Assembly: GCA_036172245.1 (NCBI GenBank)
Contig: JAYWIR010000026.1
Coordinates: 1,364,001-1,428,000 of the forward strand
Source of the DNA: Raillietiella orientalis
Taxonomy: Eukaryota
Direction of reading: 5' to 3'
Length of the DNA: 64,000 nt
The notes below the pieces were generated by a model, which was not told where the DNA came from, ran no database searches, and was given only the letters and a program-made list of their open reading frames with translations. Positions 24,201 to 34,899 of the stretch are shown here, in pieces. A program made the translations under genes and the position numbers. Numbering within the stretch: the first letter of the stretch is position 1; every line of letters begins with the position of its first letter.

Positions 24201-27200
24201 GACCGCGACGCATGGGGGGAAGGAGGTCACCTTACCCGATCACGTGGGAGCACCGGCGGGGGATAGAGACGAATCAATGATGGATGCTTACCTGCCTTCG
24301 GGAGCTCCAGAAGGTTCTCAGCATCCAAGCACGGAGGCTACGGAAGAGGAGCGTGAGGAGACTGAAAACCTCCTTGGAGGCACGGAAACGAGGAACCTCC
24401 CGTCGGAGAATCTCACGAGTCAAACCGACCTCCCGTTCGGTGAGACGGGAGGCACGACACCGGGTCAAGAGGGCTCTTCGTCCGAAGGGGGCGAACTATC
24501 GGAGAGCTTGCATCCGCACACCACGAAAGGCGATTCGGGATATGCTCCCGACGGAGGGATCGAGCGGGAACACACGATGTCGGCGAGTTTGCTAACTGGG
24601 GAAGATATGGCATCCGAGGAAGCCGAGGAACTGTCCACATCCCGGAATGACCTCGAAGGAAGGCCTGTTCCGCCGGGATCCGAGGAGGAAACGGAACCGC
24701 CACCAGGCGAGGAGGAGGCTCATCTTCCGACTCCCAGAGCAGAAGTCCCATCACTTAGCCCGGAAGCTCAAGAAACCATTCCGGAAGGGAGCGATGATAC
24801 GAGAAGTACACGTGTCGAAGAGAGCTTCCACCCTACTGAGCATCCGATGAGTTCGACCGACAAGAACGCGCTGCAAGAGGAGGACGAGAACAAGCAAGGG
24901 AAAGTCATGGAAACCACCGCCCTTCCTCAAGCGTTTGCGAGCACAGGTGAGCTCTCGACGGATGGAGGGACGCTGACTACAAGGATCCGCCGCCCAGAGG
25001 AGTCGGGTTTTTATTTCGACCTGCTTTCCACTCCGGACTTGGCCTCAGAGGCGCATGGATACGAGGATGCTGGAGTCGCTTCTAATACTCCACCCCCTTC
25101 TTCACCCCAACCTCATCCATCGGAAGGCTTTGCGGAAGCGCCTCAAGTGGACAGGTCTCACGAGGGACCGGACTTGGACAGATCTGGTCCAGCAGCTGCG
25201 TCAATTTCCGCGGTCATCCTCACTCCTGCCTCGTCCCAGAAGGTGAAAGCGGGCGCAACCACCCCTCCGGAAGAAACGTCGACAGCGGAGATGGACAGAG
25301 AGGTGCACGCGGAAGCGCACGAGTCACAAGAAATCGCCGCAGTGTCCTCAGCAACATCCGACTTGGTGAGTGCCTCAGGTCCCGCATTTCCCTGCAAGCG
25401 AACGTGAAGAAGAACGCTGACCTTCTCTTTTACAGAGTGCTTCCGATTTCACGGAAGGGCAGCAGTCTTATTGGACCTCGGGACCGTCTTCCGAAAGGGA
25501 TCCGGGAATGGATGTGTCCTCCAGAGAGCCCGGTCCGAGAGACGGGACTACTACCGCTGAAGTGACCATCATCGCCGAAGAAGAAACGCAAACCATAGCC
25601 TGGCCCTCGCTGGCGCACTCGATCTCAACAGATTCTGAGAAATCGGAGCCGCCAGAGAGCGAAGCAGGAACCTCGACAGCTGGTGGATACACACCGCTGC
25701 CTAAGAACCAAGGAGCTCCAGAAGGAGACGGAAAGGTGGAATTTGTCTCCTCGGGACCTACAGAGGCAGCGGAGCCTCAGCTGACGACCGTGCACATGAA
25801 AACAGGCGAAGTGCAAAGTGAAAACGCATCGACGTCAGCATCTTTCGATGAGATTGAAGGCTCGAAAGGCGCCTCAACCGTGAGGCTGATTCCCACCACT
25901 CCCCAGCTCCTCGAGGAAGTCAAGCATCCTTTGACCGAGCTGGTAACTCCGTCCAACTCGGTGGATGCGAGTGGGACATCCGCTACCAGTGCGCAATCTC
26001 GCGAAAGCACGATCACGGAAAAATCGCCCACCGTCCAGCTTCCTGCTGGAGAATCGTCTATGCTAATTCTAGGAGAATATCTAACAGTTTCCGCAGAAGA
26101 TGTTCCACATTCCCAAGAAGCCTCTAAAGGATCGAGGACTCCATCAGTAGATAGCGCATCGACCACACCTCCAGCCCAAGCCTCAGAAGCAACGAGAAGA
26201 CCTTCAGAAATCTACGAAGCGGGAGTGACTGCAGACGACACCGCCGTCCGAACGAGATCTCCAGCCACGTCATCAGAAGGACCAACAGGAACGCACGACT
26301 CCGCCGAAGATTCTCCAAAGTCCGAGTCAGCCGGATCGGGAGATACTTCGGAAGAAACGGCAACACCGACGAGCTACGCTCCAGCCGAAACTCAAAGATC
26401 GGAGGAGGACGTTCCTAGCACGGCAGGTAATGCTCTGCTTGCAACAATCTGGATGTCTTACGTTTGAACCATGTCCAGAAATCGACTCCTTACAAGGATC
26501 AACCACCAGAGTACCTCTGGAAACTGGAAAGATCGGTGAAGGCGCATCGATTTCAACAGGTCCGTTCTAAAGTCACTGCTTTTGAGTGAGCACATTCTTT
26601 AGATGGAAGAAGGACCGACGCTGCAGCAGGCGAGTCCCCTGTAAATGTCAACCCTTTCGACAGTGATGAAGCTGCTCCCAGCACTGCCACCGACAAGAAG
26701 GGAAAGGACAAGCAGGAACAAACTGCTCCTGACGAGTACTCCATTGCTACGAGCACCGAAAGCAGCAGTCTTCAGTTCAGAATTCCCACGAGAACAAGCG
26801 CACCTTCGGTGGTGAAGACCGACGACACTAGAGAGGAAGGGGAAGTGTCTGGAGAGAAAGAATTTCCTTCGGGAACGCTGCTCACGTCAAACACTGACCG
26901 TCCGTTGCCCATGCAGTCGGACGCGAACGAAGGTAGCTCAGAAGAGTCCTTGCTCCTCGTGACGAAAAATCCAGCAATCAGCGTATCTTCCATCACCCCT
27001 TCTACATTTGTGCAACGAACAGAAACGCAGATCGGTGGAAGCGTGTTGGACGCTCACACTCCCGGGAAATCGACGTCCGCGGGAGCAAACGAGTTGCCCA
27101 TCGAGGAAATGAGGAGCAGTTCGCTTCCTCCCACTGAGACCCGCGCGGATTTCTTCTCTCTTCTGCTCACAACCGGGCTCAAGACAGAGGAGGAGGAAGG

Positions 27201-30200
27201 GAAAGAAACCAATCAGGCCTCCATCACGATTGGTGCTCCCGATCTGGAAACCACATATCAGGGGAAGCAACACTCATACACGTCTCCAAGCGTTGCTGGC
27301 GGAAGTTTGACCCACAAGCCTCCAACAGTTCAAGACGAAGCCTCAAGTTCCGTGGAGACAGACTTTTCGGAACCGATTGCTGGTTTTGCTTATGACAGGA
27401 TCTCATCCACCAAAGCTGCTGAAGGTGCTGAACTGACTAAGCTAACCACGCCGGCCATCGGTACGGATATTTCCGACAGCTCCCAGATTCTGGTATTATC
27501 CGGAAGCGGAACTGTGAGCAACGAACTCGATACGAAGAACATCTCGCTAGAAACCACAAGTGCGCTAGGAGAGCATCACAGAACTTTTGTTAGCACAGCA
27601 GCAGCAACCATGACCGATGAAAAGACATTCAAATGGCAACCGACAGAAGGGCAGATTCTAGAAGAGAAAGCAAAAGAGGAATTCACGCTGTCTCATCAAA
27701 CAGATTCCATTTCTACAACTCAACCTCTTTTTGAATCCTCAAATGTACATGACAAGTACGAAGGAACCGTAGACAAGCTTGAGGCTGCAGATTTCGACTC
27801 CGACGTCACCGCAGATCCTTTCCTATCTGAAGCGCACTCGTTTCATTCATCCACAAAAGAACCATCCACTGTTTTCAATGTTCCATCTGACAGTACTGAG
27901 AAGGAGGCCACGACAACCAGTTTCATCAGAAGACCATCGCATTCCACCAGCGATGTTCCCATCCGTGAAACTTTGCCTGAGAAAGAATTTTACGAAATTT
28001 CGTCTTGGCCCCCAGTGCCATTCGAAGATCTCCAGACTGTGAGAGGTGACGCCGAAGTGACCACGGAGAAAGTATCACCTCAGGAGAGTCCGAAGTATGC
28101 TGAAGAATCATCAAGGAAGCAAAGCTTGACAGAGAGCACGGAACCTTACGTCGACGGCGGTGAATCCATCGAGAGCAACGGCAGCACTTACGACATCTCC
28201 ACTGAGGAAACAACAAGAATCCTGACCGCAGCTGCTGCTGACCTGGAAGCACCTTCTTCGACGGAAGACGAAAAGGCAGCAACGGAGTTCGAGGAAAGTG
28301 CTGTGTCTACCTCACCTGTGGAAGAACTGCCAGGAACTTCCCCTGGAGAGTCCTCTTCCTCATTTCTACTGTCCCGTGCCACTGACGAGAAAGGTAGCAC
28401 AGGACCTTCGCCGACGTCTACCACGGAGCGCACTCAGCCGTTCGAAAAAGAATTTGTCCACTCTTCTCCAAGTTCAGAAACTGTTGGACTGCAGGATGAA
28501 GAGGAAAAGACATCGGCTGGAATTGCTAGTACAGAGCATTCGACGCTCACTGTTGGAGGTATTTTTCATCATTGAGTTTTTTTGAGTTCCACTGTGGGCA
28601 AATTCTGGTTTGTTCTGAAAGATGAGCTTGGAGGCGAGTCTTCTACTGCCACTGCCAGAGTTGATAGCACGCATTCGGAATCATCGACGATGGGAGAAGC
28701 CTATGCCTCCACGGAGTCTCCCGTCGGAGATACCTCTTCCTACGTCTCGGGTTCGCTCTCGGATCCCAGAGTGGTCTCAACAGCGGAATCTGAGTCTCAC
28801 ACGTCAACTCCCACGCTGGAGGAGGAGAGAACGGAGACAACCACAGAGGAAACCGTGAGGGCTCCTTGGCTCGATGGGACGCACGAAGCGGACAGCTACG
28901 ACTCGCCGAAGGAATTCACGGAACACGATTCTTCCACAAAGGGGATCGACGTGTCCGAGGAAGAATATTCTTTGGCTGGATCCTCTGAGTACGTACTCAC
29001 CTTTCCCGGCATGCCGCCTGGAGCAATCCATCTCTAAACAATCCTGCTATAGTTTCCTAACCCTCTCCAAGATGAAAGGCGATGATAGCCCGAAAGCGCG
29101 ACCTGTCCCGCACGCGACTACTCTCTCTTGCTCCGCGACATCCGCCGCGTTCAATTCAACAGCAGAAGTAGCCTTTTCTTTCTTCCAGGACCGCCTTCAC
29201 CAAAGAAAGGCATTATTCTACAGAGGAAGATGCGTTCACCGGTCCAGGTGAAGCGTTTTCGAAAGCGAAAGTTAATGGATCACAAGAAGAAGAAGGATCT
29301 TCGAGAATTCATCTCAGTACCGGTTCAACGAGGTCAGGGGTGACCGCTCCACTGCCTTCGTCTGTGTCAACCGAGGAACGCGAGACCGCTACTGTTCCTC
29401 CTCGGGATCACTTCGTTTCGAAAAGTTCCTCAGCACTCCCTGCTGAAGATTTGCAACTGAAAGTGGAGCAGCCGGAATCCACGCGCGCAAACGCTTCCCT
29501 TAAGGGTTCGAACTTGACTACCCCGAGTCAGGGAGGAATTTCTGGTCGTCCGGCAGCCGTCTCGCATGAAGCCAACGAGACGGTCGTGCCCGCCACTCTC
29601 CAGTATGCGGTCACTTTCACCCTTAAACCAACGCCGCTACCGTTGAGTAGCGTAGCCACGGAGACGGTGCGGACCGAGGCACGAGGGGTCACGCATGCGA
29701 CACCTTCTGCAAACAAAACCGCTACAACTGCCATTGGATCTGCTTTGGACAAGACTACTCCCACTCCGGCCATGAGTCCCAACAGGTCTTCAGTTTCGTG
29801 GACCTGCCCTCCAGATCATCCTTCGCACGATGGCAACAGAGATAACTCTTCCATTTCCTCTCCTGGAGAAGCACAGGATTACAAAGATTATTTGGAGGAA
29901 GAGTACGGAAGCGGAGCTTGCGTATTCGACGGAAGAATATATTTGTCAGCTGAGCAGATAACGAGAGAAGATCCTTGTGAATTCTGTTTTTGCTTCCGAG
30001 GAGACATCATCTGCCTCGAGCAAAGTTGCCCACCTCCCATCCCGGATTGCAACCAAGAAAGCATCAAGGGGTTCTGCTGTCCTCGATTCGAGTGCCCTGT
30101 GAACATATCGGTGTTTTCCTTTGCCAGAAGATCCACGACGACCACCACCACGACCCAAGAGCCAATCGATTTCGGCTGCGAAATCAGAGGTCTCGCTTAC

Positions 30201-30455
30201 AGGACGGGAGACCTGGTGGAACACGCTTCTGGTCCATGCCTGGAGTGCAGGTAAAATTCCTCACGACAAGATGCGTACCGATGCGCTTCATCGCACTCGA
30301 GCGCTCTTGACCGAGTCCTTCGGGCACCTCAGTGCATGTGTTGTTCTTCCAGGTGTACATCCCTGGGACTGATCCACTGCAACCCGAAGCAGTGTTCTCC
30401 AGACCCTGACGTGCAGTCCATACTGAGAGGGCATCACAGCCAAGCCAGAAAGTAA
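12123..30455 (+). CDS. tnc: Tenectin-like secreted ECM protein (VWC domains plus mucin-like region); 16-exon model, ~3015 aa
   Basis: Hand-spliced exons with GT..AG ends and matching phases give one 9048-nt open frame ending in TAA at 30453-30455. The domain sequences resemble Drosophila Tenectin as I recall it: GCFYQLSYY..TNEPCLNCTC..LMCYLKMCP; PTNPERPCELCFCIRN..CVVEECTLHI.GCTPVY..GVCCPMRYNC; IPGEGSC; YLSAEQITREDPCEFCFCFRGDIICLEQSCPPPI; SGPCLECRC. Confidence 0.9.
12432..12461. repeat. (TTC)n microsatellite in the first coding intron
   Basis: Direct reading. Confidence 0.9.
16797..16853 (+). CDS. tnc: 57-nt exon (APLSWLADNHVFSISGKSK), predicted mature N-terminus
   Basis: Long polypyrimidine acceptor (ttcctttttcgtcttctgtttcag) and donor AAG|gtaacc; phase 1-1, in frame with both neighbours. 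Confidence 0.8.
17162..17356 (+). CDS. tnc: Exon encoding VWC-like domain 1
   Basis: ccgcag|GC TGC TTC ... GAC G|gtgggt; translates GCFYQLSYYSDSSRVHTNEPCLNCTCQAGVLMCYLKMCP...SCCPTIVC. Confidence 0.93.
17835..18125 (+). CDS. tnc: Exon encoding linker and VWC-like domain 2
   Basis: ttccag|TG CCC ... TGC G|gtaagg; translates CHVSGRLYEEGSKLPTNPERPCELCFCIRNQSVCVVEECTLHIRGCTPVYMRGVCCPMRYNC. Confidence 0.93.
21269..21526 (+). CDS. tnc: Exon encoding VWC-like domain 3
   Basis: ctccag|AG CGA ... TGT C|gtaagt; translates GCKYNGEWHGEGAQIRGKQPCEHCYCMNGDVVCVVEDC...DCCPTEFQC. Confidence 0.92.
21592..21795 (+). CDS. tnc: Linker exon ending in PPIPGE(G)
   Basis: aacag|CA GAA (a NAGNAG alternative lies 3 nt downstream) ... 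GAA G|gtgaag; phase 1-1 and open. Confidence 0.75.
21849..22049 (+). CDS. tnc: Exon encoding VWC-like domain 4 (not in the ORF track)
   Basis: tcttccag|GG TCG TGC ... TCC A|gtaagg; translates GSCLVDGVTYPNNSVVTESGFCGQKCLCRSSVVFCKPSRCPAPPPRSKCQVMKQTGSQCCPAYSC. Confidence 0.88.
22097..25365 (+). CDS. tnc: Mucin-like S/T/E/P-rich coding block 1, probably split by introns at 23783-23824 and 23957-24004
   Basis: Corresponds to the 1091-aa ORF 22132..25407. Acceptor cttcag at 22096 (in-frame alternative at 22123); donor TTG|gtgagt at 25366, phase 0. Confidence 0.88.
25436..26426 (+). CDS. tnc: Mucin-like coding block 2
   Basis: Branch-like gctgac, then ccttctcttttacag|AGT, phase 0 and in frame with ORF 25508..26467; donor GCAG|gtaatg. 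Confidence 0.85.
26479..26559 (+). CDS. tnc: 81-nt mucin-region exon (an in-frame alternative donor would end it at 26535)
   Basis: tgtccag|AA ATC ... ACA G|gtccgt; phase 1-1, so it could be skipped without a frameshift. Confidence 0.65.
26603..28558 (+). CDS. tnc: Mucin-like coding block 3
   Basis: ttctttag|AT GGA is in frame with ORF 26809..28575; donor GAG|gtattt. Confidence 0.85.
28622..28988 (+). CDS. tnc: Mucin-like coding block 4
   Basis: gttctgaaag|AT GAG is in frame with ORF 28582..29037; phase-2 donor GA|gtacgt matches the acceptor at 29188. Confidence 0.75.
29189..30250 (+). CDS. tnc: End of mucin region, RGD-containing VWC domain 5 and start of a terminal partial VWC domain
   Basis: ttttctttcttccag|G ACC ... 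TGC AG|gtaaaa; translates CVFDGRIYLSAEQITREDPCEFCFCFRGDIICLEQSCPPPIPDC...FCCPRFEC, with RGD at 29997-30005. Confidence 0.92.
30353..30455 (+). CDS. tnc: Terminal coding exon (CTSLGLIHCNPKQCSPDPDVQSILRGHHSQARK*)
   Basis: gttcttccag|G TGT is phase 2 and completes CLECRC; TAA stop. Confidence 0.88.
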
Positions 30456-30769
30456 CGACCGCGCCCTTGTCCTCCAGGGTTTTGTCTGAGAGCTTGCTCG
30501 TCCAATTTTATCTAAGTCATGAAACCTAAGCTCAACTTCAACTTGAGGGCGAAGATGCCCGCCCGGTTTTCGATCTTCGTGCCAAAAAATGAGCGGCATG
30601 AAATCGACATGTCCCTCAAAGTTTAACTGGTCACTTTTCACACTGTGATACTTAGCATCTTGTGCTTCAGGACATTACTGAAACGTAGCCTTTGGCACTC
30701 CACATGTTGAAATGCTTGGAAGAACTGCACACGTCAGGCCCTTACCATTATTTTATGAAAAGATGAAAA

Positions 30770-30775
30770 AATAAA
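30770..30775 (+). terminator. Candidate polyadenylation signal of the tenectin-like gene
   Basis: First AATAAA I found after the stop (~315 nt downstream), in an AT-rich island. Confidence 0.5.
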
Positions 30776-33700
30776 TATTTTATATAAGATAAGCAGAATT
30801 CTCGTATTTCGATTGGCGAACACAGGGTCTTCTGCGGAAGGATTGCTCCCAGTCTCCTCAGAGATTCTCGGAAGACGAATCCGTGCACCACTGCATTTCT
30901 TGTGCGAGCTATTTTTCAGGGACCTGGCCTCTTTAGGCATGGTATTTGAACCCGATATTCCAGCACCCTGGAGAGAATTATTTTTCGTGATTCCTCACGC
31001 TCGCCTTTGGTGATCGTCCACCAAGACTTGCCCTGAAGTCGTTGCCTTGGGAATCCATTTCCTCCACGCTGAGCTGGTAGAACTGACCGCTGCCTTTACC
31101 CGAATCGCGAGGCGAGAGCAGCCCGGAACACCACAGAAAGCTTCCTGTGGGATGGGAAAAGAGAAAAGGCGAAAGAAAAAAAAAAAAGAAAGGAAGGAAA
31201 AAACTCTCTTCGAGCATTTTCTCCACAGCTACCCTCATGAGATTTCGAAAAAATCGCAGGAGCTGCAGCTGATTTTTCCTTTTTCACGGAGTGGCTCCGA
31301 CGTGCAGCGATGAAACCGCAGGGAGAAAACAGGAAACTCGAAAAAATTCCAACGGGTGATTTCGGGAACGAAATTCGTTATTCTGGCATCTCTGCACCCA
31401 GATGAAAAGGAAAGGGAAAGTTTTCAAAGGAAAAAAAAAGCAAAGTAAAACGGAAACCAAGGCGAATTTCCGAATCCCGCGTCTGCCTCGATTTTCGAAC
31501 CTGGCTCCATGGGAAAGCAGCATGGACCAAGGCGCGACACAAGGAACCGACGAATGTGCATAAGCAGACTCCAGGAAGAGCGGCTCGAAAAAAGGAATTT
31601 CGCTCCGCCTGTTGTGAAAAGTCGAGTTCATCCTCCTGCCGATGGCTGGAAATTCTCCTGAACGACCGGCGTTGGCTCCTCTCTGGTTGCACCACACGCC
31701 TGTCTTTTCCTCCATCTGCAGCACCATTGAATAAAACTCCGCTGCGTCGTCAGTGGAAACATCTTCCGATCGAACGCTTCCTCTTTCACCCTCGACCCTG
31801 GTGCTTCCTGCCACGCCGGCATTGCTTTCTCCCCGCAGCCACTGGCGATGCTGTTTCCACTGGAGCGACTCACTTCGACGCGTGGAGAGCCTGCTGCAAG
31901 CAGTGAACGCGGAGGAACCTGCAGCCCCACGAAGCGGAATTTTTCTGGGGAACACGGAAAGAGGAAATCCTGAGGATGCGACTCCATCGTCCCAAGGAGC
32001 TACACGAACGAGAGGGAAGTGGAAGGCCTCATGAAGAGCGAAATCCGTTCAGGGATGCGGAACACCCCATTTGGTGCCCGGTGACGCAGGGCGTGCTCTC
32101 GCTGATTCGGCCACAATCCTCACTCAGGCGTCTCGGGTCCAGCTGCTGGCTTCATAAATCATGAAAGACTGTTTCTGGGAACGGCTGGCATGCATAATTA
32201 AGTGCGCTGGTGGAGATGCACCTTTTCATGGGCAGTCCTGGCTTTTAATGGATGGACCGTTCCTACCATCAAGTCTTACACAAACTTTCATTTAACAGTC
32301 GCGCGGCAGAATCGCGGCGATTTCAAGGGCGGCCTTGGTCCACCCTTTCCGAGAGGAATCGGTTCTCCTCAGCTGCGGCAGACGCAATTCGGCAGAGGTC
32401 GCTTTGCTTGCCGGAGGGACCTGCGAGAACCGAACATCCGGAACTCTCCCTAAACGCGGACCTCCCTCGGGAAGGAGGCTCCCTACCGCATCACGATCGC
32501 GAGAGCATCTCGACTGCGTGTCGAGAAGGAGCACCCCCGCTCAGCGAGCTCCTGGTGTTTCGGGAGAGCAGTCCTCAGGACAGCAGGGCGAGCGCAAAAA
32601 GGTCCCCCCGGGGGGGAAGGGAGGGGGGGAAGAATTTCCGCATACGCCTGCAATCCGAAAGGACGGGCGTTGAAATGACTCGGGCTGAACCCTGCAAACC
32701 CAAGGAAGTATCTCGAGAATTTCAAGGCCTCGAAATCTGTTCGGGGCATTTCCGAAATGACAAAAAAAAAAAAGGAGAGAAAAGAAAGAAAGAAAGAAAA
32801 GTTCGGTTTCCAGTCAAAGTTTCTCCGTCAGGAGCTGGCCAAATCTACCGACGGTGATGGAAAATGAATTTGTCCCAAACAGGTAGCGATTTTCGATCTT
32901 TGGCTGGTCGACGATAGAAAGAGGAGAAAGGAGAACAATAAAACTGAGATAAAGATTTTCGTGACGGCGCCGCGGTTGAAAAAGCTGGAAACAGAAACTG
33001 CAACGTCTGAATGACCCCATCCCGCAACCTCACTTCGACGCACGGAATTCCCTCGAATGATGCTGAGCCTTTTCTGTTGCTGTGACCGTGGATTCCAGTA
33101 ATGAGGTACGCACACGGAGATGGACAGCCTCTCTATACTGATCCTCTCCCTTGGAGTGAAAACTCTGCTGTTCTTTTCGCTGACCACCTTCGCCCCCCCC
33201 CCCATCCCAGCCCAATCTTCCTCTTTTCTTCAAGAAAGCAAACATCAGTGCAGCAAACATTGGAGTCCCATCATCTTGCTCATCAGTGGCTGGAGCTTGA
33301 ACCTCCGCATCGTCTTCTTCGGAAGCAAAGCCTCCAGGCTCCAGCATTGTAGGACAGCGAGGCCGCTCCCCAAAGATACCGCAAACACCACACACTTCTC
33401 GCTCACAGCAGACCCGCTGTTCGGCGCCTGACGAGCCCTCGGAGTACAGTCGCGCCATTTGGAAATGTTCAGTTGGGTAGCTCGTTTGGGAACCTGAGAA
33501 GGTCAGGTACCAGACTCAGGAATTACCTTCTTAGAACAGGGCATTCTTCCCCGCGAATTCACTCCTGGTCATCAGCTCGTAGGAAGCTGCCCGTCTGCGC
33601 TGCTGCGCATCCAATTGACCGGGAACAATAGCCCTTGAACCTCTTTCGTCGGAACATGGTATGTGGTGTACCGATAAGGAAACAGTGGAACACGTGTGTA

Positions 33701-34899
33701 GACGTGCGTGAAGAAGCAGACTCTCTCTGGGAGTGGAAGGGGCGCCGGAAGCGAACCGTGACGCAGAGACTCATCTGGAGCGCGATCCAGAGCGGCTGGC
33801 ATTCGCAAGCGCGTTAAAAGTCGCGCTGAGCGCTCTCCGGAACGTTCGGCGGTCCTCCCGCCGCCATCTTCAGCGGCCTCCTCCCTTCCGCCGCCAGCGC
33901 CACCCAACTCCGGAGAAGAGGACCGACAGCTCCTCTAAGGGAAAAGAGCTCTTCGGGGTCGAACACGCAGGATCGCAAAGAAAAAAATGAAAAAAAATCC
34001 GGGAAAGCACCTTGGGTCTTCTTGAACCTTTCCCCTCAGCGGAGCTGCGACGATTCCTCCATCCGCATTCTCCGAAGATCGAGGGAGTGGTGAGAAGAGC
34101 CGAGATCGAGCGCCCAGCTTCCGTCCGAAGGACGAAACTGATTCCAGTTCGTCGATCCCTGCAGCCGCCTAAGGAGAGAGAATGCCATCAACCCTTGAGC
34201 ACGGCATTCGCCGCCATTGGCGAAGATTATACGAAGCACATCTCGAGCACCGGAAAGAAGGGACATCCAACCTCTCGCCGAGACCCGGACCTCTGATTGC
34301 TCCATTTGGATTGCTTGATCGGCGTCACGACATCGCGCGCGCGCGGCGATCCCATTTATCCCGTGCACCTGAGCATGGAAAGGAAGAATCCGAGTTGTTC
34401 TTCAGCGGAGGTGGTGCAGACGCCCGCGAGAAGCTTGACACTGCGAAGTGATTCGGATCCAGGAAGCGGGCACTTTGCACGCCCACTAGCATTACTTGAG
34501 TCGCCCTCAAAATAGCTTCCGAAGATCGATCGGTGAGCTTCCGGCAGAGGTTTCAGTCAGGGGAACAAAATGGCTCCAGAGTTTTCTTGCTCCACCCCGT
34601 GCTGTATGTTCCTGCTAGTGGTTCTTAAACGCATTCCCTCAAGATTTCCTGTTTCTTTTTTTTTTTTTTTCTCTCTTGAGAAGGGGAGAGGAAGAGGAAG
34701 AATGAGGGGGAGGGGGATGTTGCGTTTCCTGACGCTTCTGCAAACCTGCTGATGTTCAAGCGGCTGTCAGTTTCTCCATGCGATCACACGCGAAACACGA
34801 AGTCTGGAAAAACCTTCTTTCTTCCCGCGTTGCTTATTTGGCGTAGGGGAGGGGGGGGACACGTGTCTCTCCACGCTGCCTACGCACGAGCTTGACAGC

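Noticed and set aside
29053..29167. Possible extra exon inside the 200-nt intron
   Set aside because: It would leave a ~21-nt downstream intron with incompatible phase; the model closes without it.
22200..30224. Many antisense ORFs over the mucin exons
   Set aside because: Shadow frames of the real coding strand.
33200..33780. Cys-containing minus-strand ORFs resembling a neuropeptide or neurophysin precursor
   Set aside because: Cys spacing does not fit and the frames are broken by stops; more likely decayed repeat sequence.
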